From the NCBI GenBank assembly GCA_045643085.1, contig JAZUKB010000008.1, positions 13,137 through 77,136 on the forward strand: DNA of 64,000 nt, written 5' to 3'. The stretch is from Candidatus Cryptobacteroides sp. (GTDB taxonomy: Bacteria; Bacteroidota; Bacteroidia; Bacteroidales; UBA932). Position 1 is the stretch's first letter, and every line of letters begins with the position of its first letter. Under the pieces are notes generated by a model. The model was given only the letters and a program-made list of their open reading frames with translations, was not told the origin of the DNA and made no database searches. Made by a program: the position numbers and the translations under genes. Positions 1 to 10,269 of the stretch are shown here, in pieces.

Positions 1-737
1 CTCAGATTGTCGGCGTGGAAGTCGGCTGCCTTGTCGTCCAGATGGTATGTGAACACCTTTGTATTCATCAACCCGAGTTTCAAACCCAGTTTGAGAATGA
101 TGGTTTCGGATATCTGGGACGCGAATTCACGGAATGCTTCGCGCATTGTCTCAACGTCCCCGTAAATGTCAAGATGGTCAGGGTCCATAGCAGTTATCGC
201 CGCGATAGAAGGCCTGAGCTGAAGGAATGACCTGTCGTATTCGTCAGCCTCCGCAACTATCGTCCTGTTCCTGCTGACAAGCAGGTTGGTGCCGTAATTC
301 TTGGATATTCCCCCGAGAAAGGCGGAGCATCCGTCACCTCCTTCTGTAAGGATGTGCGCAACCATCGTGGAAGTGGTGGTCTTTCCGTGGGTTCCCGCGA
401 CTGCCAGACAGGTCTGACCCTGTGCGATTTCTCCCAGCATTTCCGAACGCTTCAATATGCGGTATCCGTTGGCTGCGACATATTGCCTTTCATTGAGGGA
501 TGCAGGGACTGCAGGAGTATATATGACGAGCGTGTTCTCAATGTCCTGTGGTATGAGGTCAGGCCTGTCGTCATAATGAACCTTGATCCCTTCGCTGACA
601 AGAGCCCTTGTCAGGTTGGATTCGGTGCGGTCGTACCCACTCACATTCTTTCCCTTGAAGTTGTAGTATCGGGCAATGGCGCTCATTCCGATGCCGCCGA
701 TGCCGATCAGATAAATGTTTTCGTACTCTTTCCTCAT
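1..737 (-). CDS. murC: UDP-N-acetylmuramate--L-alanine ligase (partial, runs off window start)
   Basis: Not in ORF track. Manual translation from ATG 737 gives MRKEYENIYLIGIGGIGMSAIARYY...GYDRT, the MurC N-terminal motif. ATGA overlap with the murG stop. Confidence 0.95.
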   Translation of the reverse strand, partial: MRKEYENIYLIGIGGIGMSAIARYYNFKGKNVSGYDRTESNLTRALVSEGIKVHYDDRPDLIPQDIENTLVIYTPAVPASLNERQYVAANGYRILKRSEMLGEIAQGQTCLAVAGTHGKTTTSTMVAHILTEGGDGCSAFLGGISKNYGTNLLVSRNRTIVAEADEYDRSFLQLRPSIAAITAMDPDHLDIYGDVETMREAFREFASQISETIILKLGLKLGLMNTKVFTYHLDDKAADFHADNL

Positions 738-1858
738 ACCAGTTTGTATATCTCGTCAACTATGCTGCCGGCTGCGTCCGGGCGTGCCAGCGGCTTGATA
801 TTTTTTATTATTTCATTTATTCTCCCTTCGTCGTGAATCAACGACATAGCTGTAGAAAGCAGTTTGACCCCGGCCTCGCTGTCCCGTACCATCAGCGCCG
901 CTCCTTTGTTCACGAGGGCCATAGCATTGTGTGTCTGATGGTCTTCTGCAACGTTCGGGGAAGGGACGAACACCGCCGCTCTGTTTACAGCACATATCTC
1001 GGAAATGGACGAAGCACCGCTTCTGGATATTATTACATCTGCGGCTGCGTAAGCATAATCCATCCTTGAGATGAAATCGCTGTACCGGATATTCTGCAGA
1101 TTCCGGCCCTCCATAAATTCATCTGTGCTTTTCTTGTAATAGCGTCCGCACTGCCACAGGACCTCGACATCTTCTCCACCGGGACAGCCGTCATCAATCC
1201 ACTTTCTCATAGCTTTGTTGAGGGTGCCGCTTCCGAGGCTTCCTCCCACTACCAGCAGATGTTTCTTGCCCTGGTGCATCCCATAGAATGAAAGCGCCTG
1301 ACGGACTTCATCTTCGGAATACGGATGCATCTCGGACCGGATAGGGTTGCCGGTGAGGACAATCTTTTCCGCAGGGAAGAACCGTTCCATATTCTCGTAT
1401 GCCACACAGACCTTTCCAACCCTGCTTCCCAGAAGCTTGTTCGTCAGGCCTGCAAAGCCGTTCTGCTCCTGAATCAGGGATGGGATGCCTTTCCTGGTGG
1501 CTGCGAACAGCAGGGGAGCGCTGGCATATCCGCCGACTCCTACCGCTACGTCCGGTTTGAATTCATCTATTATTCTGCCTGCCATTTTGATGCTCCTGCA
1601 TATCTTTGCCGGAACCTGGACGTCATTGATGATATTCCTGACGCTCAATTTTCTCTGTAGTCCCACAATCGGCAGCCCGACAATACGGTATCCCGCTGCC
1701 GGTACCTTGTCCATTTCCATCTTGCCTTCCGCTCCCACGAACAGTATCTCGGTCTCCGGATTGAGTTCCTTGAGCTTCCCCGCAATGGACACGGCCGGGA
1801 AGATATGACCTCCTGTGCCGCCTCCACTTATTATCACTCTCAGTTTTCTGTATTCCAT
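734..1858 (-). CDS. murG: Undecaprenyl-PP-MurNAc-pentapeptide GlcNAc transferase
   Basis: SGGGTGGHIFPA, GGYAS, QEQN, GGSLGS motifs. Start at 1858 (MEYRKL) chosen to avoid overlap with ftsW. Confidence 0.96.
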   Translation of the reverse strand: MEYRKLRVIISGGGTGGHIFPAVSIAGKLKELNPETEILFVGAEGKMEMDKVPAAGYRIVGLPIVGLQRKLSVRNIINDVQVPAKICRSIKMAGRIIDEFKPDVAVGVGGYASAPLLFAATRKGIPSLIQEQNGFAGLTNKLLGSRVGKVCVAYENMERFFPAEKIVLTGNPIRSEMHPYSEDEVRQALSFYGMHQGKKHLLVVGGSLGSGTLNKAMRKWIDDGCPGGEDVEVLWQCGRYYKKSTDEFMEGRNLQNIRYSDFISRMDYAYAAADVIISRSGASSISEICAVNRAAVFVPSPNVAEDHQTHNAMALVNKGAALMVRDSEAGVKLLSTAMSLIHDEGRINEIIKNIKPLARPDAAGSIVDEIYKLV

Positions 1859-1859
1859 A

Positions 1860-3188
1860 TTATTCTTCTGATTCAAATTCATCCAGACTGTCAAGCCTCT
1901 CGGAGACGTCTTCGCTTGTGCCGATCAGCGAGCCTGCATTCTGCTGTTCCTTCACCATTTCCCTGTTTGCGATACGGCTTATCGAAAGGATGAGCCCGAA
2001 AGCAAGGGAGAAGCAGAGGAAGGCTGAGTTTCCGTGACTTATCATAGGCAGTGTCTGCCCGGTGAGGAAGCCTATATCCGAATTGATGATCATATGCATG
2101 AACGCCTGGCCTGTGATCAACAGGGACAGTCCGGCCACAAGCACTTTCCCGTAGTAGTCGCTGCAGTTTCTGACTATCAGGGATCCCCTTGCAAGCAGAC
2201 TTACGTACAGGAGGATAATCAGGATGCCCCCTATCAGTCCGTATTCTTCTATTATAAAACTATAGACATAGTCTTCCGAATATATCGGCACCACGTATCT
2301 CTGTGTGCTCTGGCCCGGGCCTTTCCCGAGCAGACCACCTTCGTGGATTGCAATCTTGGCGCTGTTCATCTGTCGGATTTCGTCCAGCATCGCATAATAT
2401 TCCAGGGAACCTTCCTTGCTGGCGATGAACTTCTCTTCGTAGTTTTCCTTCGCTCCGCCGAGACGGCTCTTGACTGTTTCGAAACGGTCAAAATATTCGC
2501 CGCCGCTGATGAGGAATATCCCGAATGCCAGACCAAGTCCCGCCACGCCTGTCAACAGCAGAATCTGTGCGTCCCTTCGGTCCGGGCTGCCGATGGCTAC
2601 GGTAAGGAACATTATTCCTCCCAGGAAGATGGCGCTGGAGGTGCCTCCGCACCATATCATACACAGACATATTGCAGCAAAGGGAGCGTAGATGAACAAG
2701 GTGTTGCGCACCCATTTGTTATGGATGAAATCCAATTTGTGTTTTTTCCTTGCCGTCATCACCCAGGCCATATATGCCACCATTGCAATCTTGCTTATCT
2801 CAAACACGTGTATCTGCACTCCAGCGACGTAAAGCGTACGGGTTGCGTAATTGATGGTCTGAGCCTTGATGAGCGGGGTGTCAATCTTGAGCGCCAGCAT
2901 AAGCAGGAGGGCAAGCGAGACAGGAAATCCCCACGCGGAGAAGAATTTGAAGAAGTTTATATTCTTTATATTGTAGCACAGCACTATCAGTCCGAGGCCG
3001 GCGGCAACGATTTTCAGCTGCTCCTTCACCAGGTCGAGACGTGTCTCTCCCGGTTGCAGCAACTGGGATGTCGAGGAGAATATCACGACGATGGAGAACA
3101 GTATCAGAAGCAGTGCAATGATCCACACCACCTTGTCGCCTTCCATATCATCTATGAAATTCCAGAATGTACGTCTCTTTCCGGTCAT
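1860..3188 (-). CDS. ftsW: SEDS peptidoglycan glycosyltransferase FtsW/RodA
   Basis: Multi-TM protein with GGLLGKGPGQS, SEDYVYSFIIEEYG and TGQTLPMISHG; dcw position. Confidence 0.92.
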   Translation of the reverse strand: MTGKRRTFWNFIDDMEGDKVVWIIALLLILFSIVVIFSSTSQLLQPGETRLDLVKEQLKIVAAGLGLIVLCYNIKNINFFKFFSAWGFPVSLALLLMLALKIDTPLIKAQTINYATRTLYVAGVQIHVFEISKIAMVAYMAWVMTARKKHKLDFIHNKWVRNTLFIYAPFAAICLCMIWCGGTSSAIFLGGIMFLTVAIGSPDRRDAQILLLTGVAGLGLAFGIFLISGGEYFDRFETVKSRLGGAKENYEEKFIASKEGSLEYYAMLDEIRQMNSAKIAIHEGGLLGKGPGQSTQRYVVPIYSEDYVYSFIIEEYGLIGGILIILLYVSLLARGSLIVRNCSDYYGKVLVAGLSLLITGQAFMHMIINSDIGFLTGQTLPMISHGNSAFLCFSLAFGLILSISRIANREMVKEQQNAGSLIGTSEDVSERLDSLDEFESEE

Positions 3189-3193
3189 ATTGT

Positions 3194-4534
3194 CTAAAGT
3201 CTTCTTACAGCTTCCTTGAACTGTTCCCCTCTGTCCTCATAGCAGGTGAAAAGGTCAAAACTTGCGCAGCAGGGACTGAGAAGTACAACGTCTCCCGCTT
3301 CCGCCATCCCGCTGGCTGCCTTTACCGCCTCGACGGCGGATTTTGTGTCCACCATCCTGTCCGCTCCCACTATAGGTTCGAAAGCGGAATGTATCTTGGT
3401 GTTGTCCACACCGAGACAGACGATGCCTTTTACCTTGTTCTTTACAAGGTCATTCAGGACTGAGTAATCGTTCCCTTTGTCCGTCCCGCCGACAATCCAT
3501 ACGACAGGCCTTGTTTGGCATTCCAATGCATACCAGGCCGCATCGACGTTCGTGGCCTTCGAATCATTGATGTACAGCACATCCTTGATGCTGAGCACCG
3601 GTTCAAGCCTGTGCTCGATCGGCTGGAAAGTCTTGAGGCTTGACCTTATCACACTGTCATCAATGCCCGTCGCCTTTGCTGCAAGCGCTGCAGCCATAGA
3701 GTTGTAGATATTGTGCCTGCCTCCGAGTGCCAGCTCCTCAATGAAAATTTCGCTTTCGCTTTTTTCGTATTTCACGACAATCCTGTCGTTGTCCAGATAT
3801 GCTCCCTGCTCGACCTTTCCCTGTTGTGTGAAAGGCAGCATCTTGGCCTTCATTACGATTTTGCTGAGATGGTCTATCGTTATCGCGTCGTCTGAGTCGA
3901 AAATGAAACAGTCTTCCGGTCGCAGGTTCCTGGTGATTCTGAACTTGGCTGCGGCATATTTGTCTATGTCATATTCGTAACGGTCCAGATGATCGGGGGT
4001 GATGTTCGTTATGACAGCTATGTCCGGCCGGAAATCATAGCAGTTGTCCAGCTGGAAACTGCTTATTTCCAGCACATAATAGTCGTGCTGCTCTGTAGCT
4101 ACCTGGAGTGCGTAACTCTTGCCGATGTTGCCGCCGAGTCCGACGTTGAGACCAGCCTGCTGGAGAAGGTAGTATATCACCGAGGTCGTGGTCGTCTTTC
4201 CGTTAGATCCCGTGATACATATCTTTTTCGCGCTGTCATAACGGGAAGCGAACTCGATTTCCGAGATGACGTGGGTGCCCTGCTCGGTCAGCCGCCTTAT
4301 CATAGGGGCGCTGGAAGGTATGCCGGGGCTTTTGACTATTTCATCCGCGTTAAGGATAAGTTCCGGGGTGTGCCCTCCCTGCTCGAAAGGGATGTCCCAC
4401 TTCCGCAGCATACCGGCATATTCGTCCTTTATCCTGCCGTTGTCTGACAGGAAGACGTCAAATCCCTTCACTTTAGCGAGCACGGCGGCTCCGACACCGC
4501 TCTCAGCTCCACCCAAAACAACAATTCTTGACAT
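3194..4534 (-). CDS. murD: UDP-MurNAc-L-Ala--D-Glu ligase
   Basis: ITGSNGKTTT, EISSFQL, NDSKATN, LLSPCCASFD motifs. Confidence 0.97.
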   Translation of the reverse strand: MSRIVVLGGAESGVGAAVLAKVKGFDVFLSDNGRIKDEYAGMLRKWDIPFEQGGHTPELILNADEIVKSPGIPSSAPMIRRLTEQGTHVISEIEFASRYDSAKKICITGSNGKTTTTSVIYYLLQQAGLNVGLGGNIGKSYALQVATEQHDYYVLEISSFQLDNCYDFRPDIAVITNITPDHLDRYEYDIDKYAAAKFRITRNLRPEDCFIFDSDDAITIDHLSKIVMKAKMLPFTQQGKVEQGAYLDNDRIVVKYEKSESEIFIEELALGGRHNIYNSMAAALAAKATGIDDSVIRSSLKTFQPIEHRLEPVLSIKDVLYINDSKATNVDAAWYALECQTRPVVWIVGGTDKGNDYSVLNDLVKNKVKGIVCLGVDNTKIHSAFEPIVGADRMVDTKSAVEAVKAASGMAEAGDVVLLSPCCASFDLFTCYEDRGEQFKEAVRRL

Positions 4535-4548
4535 ATCTGTAATCTGTT

Positions 4549-5700
4549 TTATCTAAGTTTCAACATCGCGAGCGAACCGACTGCCAGAAGTATGGCCACC
4601 AGCCAGAATCTGACCACAATCATCGGCTCCGGGATTCCCATCTTCTGGTAATGGTGGTGGATGGGAGCCATAAGGAATATCCTTCTTCCTTCCCCGTATT
4701 TTTTCTTAGTGCGTCTGTAATGAGTTTTCTGTATGATTACGGACAGACTTTCGATAAGGAATATCCCGCAGATGATTGGAAGGAGCAGTTCCTTTCGGAT
4801 CAGTACGGCGCTTACTCCTATGATGCCTCCGATGGTAAGGCTCCCGGTGTCTCCCATAAACACCTTTGCCGGATATGTGTTGTACCACAGGAACCCCAGC
4901 AGAGCACCTACGAAGGCTGACATAAATATTGCCACTTCTCCGGATCCCGGTATGTACATTATGTTCAAGTAATTGGAATTCAGTAAATTACCTCCCAGGT
5001 ATGCCAGCACGCCTATGCAGATTCCTACAATTGCGGAAGTTCCTGCCGCGAGTCCGTCCATACCGTCGGTAAGATTGGCGCCGTTGGAGCAGGCTGCAAT
5101 CACAATGATGATCATTATCATATAGATACCCCAGCTGCAGTAGGACCCCCACTGGCCGCTGAACGGGGAGAGCCAGGAGTAGTCGAACTCGTGCGCCTTC
5201 ACGAACGGAATGGTGGTGACTATGTTGTCCAGGTGTACGGCCGGGCTGAAACATACCGTAAGTGCGATAAGCAGTCCCAACGAACACTGGCCGATCAGCT
5301 TGACTTTGGGACTCAGTCCGTCCTTGTTGTGCTTTATCACCTTGATGTAGTCATCGGCGAAACCCAGGGAGCCGCACCATATAGTCGTAAGTATAAGCAA
5401 CTGGACATATCTGTTCGTCAAGTCGCATACAAGCAGCACTGAAACAAGCAGCGCCAGGATGATGATGATTCCGCCCATCGTCGGGGTTCCCTTCTTCTGC
5501 GCCTCTCCCTCCAGTCCCAGATTCCGGACGGTCTCACCGATCTGATGGCTCTGGAGCTTGCGGATTATGCCTTTACCCGCGAAGAAGGCTATCAACATGC
5601 TTATTATGTTGGCAAGGATTGCCCTGAAAGACAGATATCCCATCAATCCCTGTCCCGGGAAATCGTAATCCTTTATCAAGTTAAACAAATGGTACAGCAT
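4549..5700 (-). CDS. mraY: Phospho-N-acetylmuramoyl-pentapeptide transferase
   Basis: KKGTPTMGG, NLTDGMDGL, FMGDTGS, MAPIHHHY motifs. Confidence 0.97.
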   Translation of the reverse strand: MLYHLFNLIKDYDFPGQGLMGYLSFRAILANIISMLIAFFAGKGIIRKLQSHQIGETVRNLGLEGEAQKKGTPTMGGIIIILALLVSVLLVCDLTNRYVQLLILTTIWCGSLGFADDYIKVIKHNKDGLSPKVKLIGQCSLGLLIALTVCFSPAVHLDNIVTTIPFVKAHEFDYSWLSPFSGQWGSYCSWGIYMIMIIIVIAACSNGANLTDGMDGLAAGTSAIVGICIGVLAYLGGNLLNSNYLNIMYIPGSGEVAIFMSAFVGALLGFLWYNTYPAKVFMGDTGSLTIGGIIGVSAVLIRKELLLPIICGIFLIESLSVIIQKTHYRRTKKKYGEGRRIFLMAPIHHHYQKMGIPEPMIVVRFWLVAILLAVGSLAMLKLR

Positions 5701-5705
5701 AGGTC

Positions 5706-7112
5706 TTAGTCTGATATAGAGTCAAATACTTCTTTTACTATTTCTTTTTCATCGAAATGGAACTTCTCCTTGCCGATGATCTGGTATGTCTCGTGTCCTT
5801 TCCCTGCAAGCAGAATAGTGGATCCGGCAGGGGAGAACATTATTGCCGTCCGTATGGCTTCCCTTCGGTCGGGTATGCATACGGCTTTTGCAAGGCCGGC
5901 TGCGGAAAATCCCTTCTTGATATCCTCGATGATGTCTTCTGTCCGTTCCGTCCTGCTGTTGTCGGACGTGACGAATATTCTGTCCGCGAATTTCTCGCAT
6001 ATCGCCGCCATTTCAGGACGTTTGGTCCTGTCCCTGTCTCCTCCGCATCCGAACAGGCATACAAGTTCACGCTCCGGAGCTATGCCCCTGAGCGTCTTGA
6101 GCACGTTCTCCAATGCGTCAGGGGTGTGCGCGTAATCAATGACGGCATTCAATCCTCTCGGACCCGCTATCGTCTCGAGCCTGCCGGGTGCCGATTCGAG
6201 TTTGGATATGGCTACGAGGGTCTCTTCCGTGCCTGCTCCCAGAGCGATGGCCGTGCTGTAAATGGCCAGTATGTTGTATGCGTTGTGGGCTCCGGTCAGC
6301 CTTGTCCACGCTTCCGTCCCGTCAATCTTGAGAAGCATTCCCTCAAAGCTTTCCTCCATTATCCGGCAATTGTGGTCAGCCAGGGTTCGGCAGGAGTATG
6401 TGATGACCTTCGCTCCGGTATTCTGGACCATAATGTCCCCGTTCCTGTCATCGATGTTGGTGATGGCAACGGCGTCAGGCCCCAGATCGTCAAAGAATTT
6501 TTTCTTGCATCTGAGATATTCTGCAAATGTCTTGTGATAATCAAGGTGGTCGTGGGTCAGATTGGAGAAGATGCCTACCTTGAATTCAAGTCCGGCCACT
6601 CTCTGTTGCTCCACTCCTATGGAGCTGACTTCCATAAAACAGAACTCGCACCCCGCTTCCACCATTTCGCTCAGTAGGGAATTGATGGTAATCGGATCAG
6701 CCGTGGTGTTCTCCGTCTCGCTCCTGCGTGAACCGACAAAGTTTGCTATTGTGGACAGCAGGCCGCATTCATATCCGAGACTCCGGAACAGGTTGTAAAG
6801 GAGGGTGACGGTAGTCGTCTTGCCGTTGGTGCCCGTTATTCCGACAAGCCTGAGCTTCCCTGACGGATGGGAGTAGAAATTGTCGGCGCACAGGGCAAGG
6901 GCCTTCCTGTCGGCATCGATTATCGCCGAAGCCCCGTTGGACAAGGCTGCATCGATATAATCGTGTCCGTCTCCGGCATACCCTTTCACCGCGATGAAAG
7001 CGGATCCTTTGCAGGCCTTTCGAGAATCACAGCAGATTGAAGTGATCTCGTCTCCGGCGTGCCCCGATATGATGGAGGCTCCTGTGTTCCTAATTATCTG
7101 TTCCAGCTTCAT
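5706..7112 (-). CDS. murE: UDP-MurNAc-dipeptide--meso-DAP ligase
   Basis: ITGTNGKTT, MEVSS, DYAHTPDAL, FGCGGDRD, AGKGHETYQ; DNSR variant of the DNPR motif. Confidence 0.96.
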   Translation of the reverse strand: MKLEQIIRNTGASIISGHAGDEITSICCDSRKACKGSAFIAVKGYAGDGHDYIDAALSNGASAIIDADRKALALCADNFYSHPSGKLRLVGITGTNGKTTTVTLLYNLFRSLGYECGLLSTIANFVGSRRSETENTTADPITINSLLSEMVEAGCEFCFMEVSSIGVEQQRVAGLEFKVGIFSNLTHDHLDYHKTFAEYLRCKKKFFDDLGPDAVAITNIDDRNGDIMVQNTGAKVITYSCRTLADHNCRIMEESFEGMLLKIDGTEAWTRLTGAHNAYNILAIYSTAIALGAGTEETLVAISKLESAPGRLETIAGPRGLNAVIDYAHTPDALENVLKTLRGIAPERELVCLFGCGGDRDRTKRPEMAAICEKFADRIFVTSDNSRTERTEDIIEDIKKGFSAAGLAKAVCIPDRREAIRTAIMFSPAGSTILLAGKGHETYQIIGKEKFHFDEKEIVKEVFDSISD

Positions 7113-9003
7113 TGCTATGGCCTTTGATTTCTTTTCTCCAATACGGATCTATTCTATACAGTTCGTCGATAATGGTCTTCACCGTCTTTGCCGGATATCC
7201 CGACCCGTAGAAACTCCTGTTGGAAAGTTTTGAATATACAACCGTGATTATCGAATACTGCGGGTCTTCCACCGGGAAGAATCCCACGAATGTTCCCTGA
7301 TTCTTCTTTCTGCCGTCAGGCATTTCGTACTTCCCGTTGGAAAGCACGACTCTGGATGTCCCGGTCTTGCCTGCGACTGAGACCTTCGCATCCTTCAGTA
7401 TTTTCGCCGTACCTTCTGACGTTACGGCTTTGAGACCTCTGGTAATGGTGTCTGCGGTGGCTTTTGAGCATATTGCCGAATCCAACAGGCTTTGTCCGAA
7501 CGCTGTGATGACCTTTCCGTCCTTCTCGATGTCTTCAACTATATAAGGCTTCATCATCTTCCCTTTTCCGGCGATTGCGTTGTAGAAATTGATAATATGC
7601 AGCGGCGTCTCCGTGATACTGTATCCCATTGCCACGGATCCCAGGTCGTGCTTGTTCCAGTATTTGGAATCCGGCTCGGTGAAGTTCGGCCTTGCAAAAC
7701 CCTCCAGGTCGAAGTCGAACGCATCTGCAAGGTGATACTTGCGGAGATGATTGTAGAAATCCTCCTTGTGGCTTGCATAATTCTTTATTGCCAGATAACG
7801 GAAAGCGTAGTTCGCCGAGACTTCCACACAATACAGCAGAGGAATCTGATTCGTTCTGTGAGCCCGCTCGTAATCCGTTATGTGCACGTCGGCTGCGTAC
7901 CTGTAACCGTCTATCACTCCGTGGTTGCCCGGTATGCATTCGTCAAGCGAATGGACGTAGCCGTCCTCCAGCGCAGACATAAGGGTGCTTATCTTGAATA
8001 CCGAACCCGGTTCTCCCATCCTTCCGATGGCAAGATTGTATGTTTCGTCCAGCACTCCCTTCTCATCCCTCAGCAGGTTAACCATCGCCCTGATGGCCCC
8101 GGTGTGGACCTCCATAAGTATCACGCATCCGCCCTCTATCTCCGGGTCACCGCTTATCTGCTCCCTGAGAGCCTTGTCTGCAATCTCCTGATATTCTATG
8201 TTGAGGGTCGTCCTGACATCATTTCCGTCCGTTGCGGCTATGGAAAGGCTGTCGAAATCCTGTACGCGTCCCAGGTCGGATACTCTCAGCCATTCCTCAC
8301 CGGCCTTTCCCGAGAGTACGTCATCGAATTTTCCCTCTATTCCCACATATCTGTTACCGACACCGTTGTCTTCATCCCTGATGAAGCCTATGGCTCTGGC
8401 CCCCAATCTTCCGTAAGGATAACGCCGGACGTTTTTGTTGATGTCCCTCTTTCTCAGGATCAATCCTCCCTTGTTGGTGCCTTCCCTAAACAGAGGAAAT
8501 TCCTTAACCTGCTCGAAAGTCTGCTTGTCCACAGGATGCCCGAACTGCACGAATCCGTTGCCTTTGTCCCTGTTCTTCCGGATTGTACTGTAATACCACA
8601 TTGCGTTGTGCTCAGGGAACAGGGAAGCCAGGCAGATGGAAAGTTCCCTGGCCTTTGATATCCAGTCGGCCTCAAGGGAGTCCCTGCGGTGCTCGTCCTT
8701 TATGCTGGCAAACTCTTTCTTCCGTACGGAGCAGTCCATACATACTTTGTATCTCCTTACGGTCAGCGCGAGTGTGCGCCCGTTGCAGTCAATGATGTCC
8801 CCTCTGGCCGCTTCGATTTCCTTTCTGGTGCTCTGCGGTGTAAGGGCCCGTTCAATCTTCGGGTTCGGCTCGAAGAAGAACTGGATATAGACAAGGCGTG
8901 CTATCAGCCATACTGAGACCAATAGCAGAATCACGTAGAACACGTACAGGATTACTCCTATGCGGTCACGTTTCTTTTGTATGCCACCCTGTCGTCCGTT
9001 CAT
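7090..9003 (-). CDS. ftsI: Class B penicillin-binding protein (FtsI/PBP3)
   Basis: N-terminal TM, EPGSVFK (SxxK), SAN (SxN) and GKTGT (KTG) motifs; dcw position. Confidence 0.88.
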   Translation of the reverse strand: MNGRQGGIQKKRDRIGVILYVFYVILLLVSVWLIARLVYIQFFFEPNPKIERALTPQSTRKEIEAARGDIIDCNGRTLALTVRRYKVCMDCSVRKKEFASIKDEHRRDSLEADWISKARELSICLASLFPEHNAMWYYSTIRKNRDKGNGFVQFGHPVDKQTFEQVKEFPLFREGTNKGGLILRKRDINKNVRRYPYGRLGARAIGFIRDEDNGVGNRYVGIEGKFDDVLSGKAGEEWLRVSDLGRVQDFDSLSIAATDGNDVRTTLNIEYQEIADKALREQISGDPEIEGGCVILMEVHTGAIRAMVNLLRDEKGVLDETYNLAIGRMGEPGSVFKISTLMSALEDGYVHSLDECIPGNHGVIDGYRYAADVHITDYERAHRTNQIPLLYCVEVSANYAFRYLAIKNYASHKEDFYNHLRKYHLADAFDFDLEGFARPNFTEPDSKYWNKHDLGSVAMGYSITETPLHIINFYNAIAGKGKMMKPYIVEDIEKDGKVITAFGQSLLDSAICSKATADTITRGLKAVTSEGTAKILKDAKVSVAGKTGTSRVVLSNGKYEMPDGRKKNQGTFVGFFPVEDPQYSIITVVYSKLSNRSFYGSGYPAKTVKTIIDELYRIDPYWRKEIKGHSNEAGTDN

Positions 9004-9007
9004 TCTT

Positions 9008-9349
9008 CTATCTTATTGTTATGGCCGGTTCCTCGGCATCGTGGAGAGAGGATCCCATCTCTGACAGCCTTTTCTCGACACCGCCCCGGCGATACAACTC
9101 TTCCAGTTCGTATCTGTATTGCGCATTGACCATCTGAAGGTCATCGATGGTCTCGTAGTTTTCCTCCACCTTATGAAGCGTGATATCCATCATAAGGCTG
9201 ATCCATATCGCCAAGCTGAACATAAAGAAGCAGAAAATGATATGGACCATATATTTCCCGACGTTGAGCTTGAGCAGGAATTTCCCCTGAAGGATAGCTA
9301 TCAAGCTGTTCTTCAGGAAAACCAGTACCTTTTTCAACACCGACATCAT
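9008..9349 (-). CDS. ftsL: FtsL-like cell division protein
   Basis: Small single-TM plus coiled-coil protein between rsmH and ftsI. Confidence 0.7.
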   Translation of the reverse strand: MMSVLKKVLVFLKNSLIAILQGKFLLKLNVGKYMVHIIFCFFMFSLAIWISLMMDITLHKVEENYETIDDLQMVNAQYRYELEELYRRGGVEKRLSEMGSSLHDAEEPAITIR

Positions 9350-9355
9350 GATTCT

Positions 9356-10258
9356 CTATATCTTTTCTGCAACTCTGAGCTTCGCGCTCCTGGCCCGTGT
9401 GTTTGTTTCAATCTCCTGCTCCCGGGGGAGGATGGGCTTGCGGTTCACGGCACGCAGGGGAGTGTCACTGCGCCCGAAAATATCCTTGCTCTCGATACCT
9501 TCCGTGTTGCCGGTCCTGATGAAATTCTTTACCATCCTGTCCTCAAGGGAGTGGTATGTGATGACAACCAGCCTCCCGCCCTTTTTCAATGATTTCGCGG
9601 CTCCTTCCAGAAATTTCTCCAGTGACCGCATCTCTCCGTTCACTTCTATTCTGAGTGCCTGGTAGATCTTTGCCAGATATTTATGCTCGGCGAAAGACGG
9701 CAGGGCGGCAGAGATGGCATTGTCGAGGTCGTCCGTGGTGTCAAGTGAAGATTGGGACCGGGCTTCAGCGATGAGCTGGGCCACGCGTCTGGAATTTTCC
9801 ACTTCTCCATAGATTCTAAAAATCCTTTCCAATTCTTCTTGCGTATAAGAATTGACAATGTCTGCTGCTGTCGTATTGCCCTGCACGTTCATTCGCATAT
9901 CGAGCGGAGCGCTGTAGCGGAAGGAGAATCCCCTGTCCGCAGTGTCAAACTGATGGGACGACACCCCGAGGTCCGCGAGGATGCCGTCGAACCCTTCCGC
10001 AGCTTCCAGAAGGGAGTAGTTGTGTATAAATCTGAAATTGTTGTGTATCAATGCGAAACGGGAATCGTCGATGGCATTGGCCAATGCATCTTCGTCCCGG
10101 TCGAAAGCTATGAGACGTCCCTCGGGATTGAGTCTCCCGACAATCTCGCGGCTGTGCCCGCCGCCTCCGAACGTGGCGTCGGCATAGGTTCCCCCCGGAT
10201 TCTGAATCAGGGCGTCAATGCTTTCCTTGAGTAAGACGGGATTGTGGTATTCGCTCAT
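9356..10258 (-). CDS. rsmH: 16S rRNA C1402 N4-methyltransferase
   Basis: HNPVLL, DATFGGGGHS, DLGVSSHQ, YHSLEDR, RARSAKLR motifs. Confidence 0.97.
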   Translation of the reverse strand: MSEYHNPVLLKESIDALIQNPGGTYADATFGGGGHSREIVGRLNPEGRLIAFDRDEDALANAIDDSRFALIHNNFRFIHNYSLLEAAEGFDGILADLGVSSHQFDTADRGFSFRYSAPLDMRMNVQGNTTAADIVNSYTQEELERIFRIYGEVENSRRVAQLIAEARSQSSLDTTDDLDNAISAALPSFAEHKYLAKIYQALRIEVNGEMRSLEKFLEGAAKSLKKGGRLVVITYHSLEDRMVKNFIRTGNTEGIESKDIFGRSDTPLRAVNRKPILPREQEIETNTRARSAKLRVAEKI

Positions 10259-10269
10259 TTGCCGACCTT

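Noticed and set aside
2034-3197. 387-aa + strand ORF (likewise 5757..6677, 7492..8658, 52320..53297)
   Set aside because: Antisense shadows of well-supported genes (ftsW, murE, ftsI, Fe-S protein), with no motifs; expected from codon bias.
5700-5706. murF absent between murE and mraY
   Set aside because: Normal for Bacteroidota dcw clusters.
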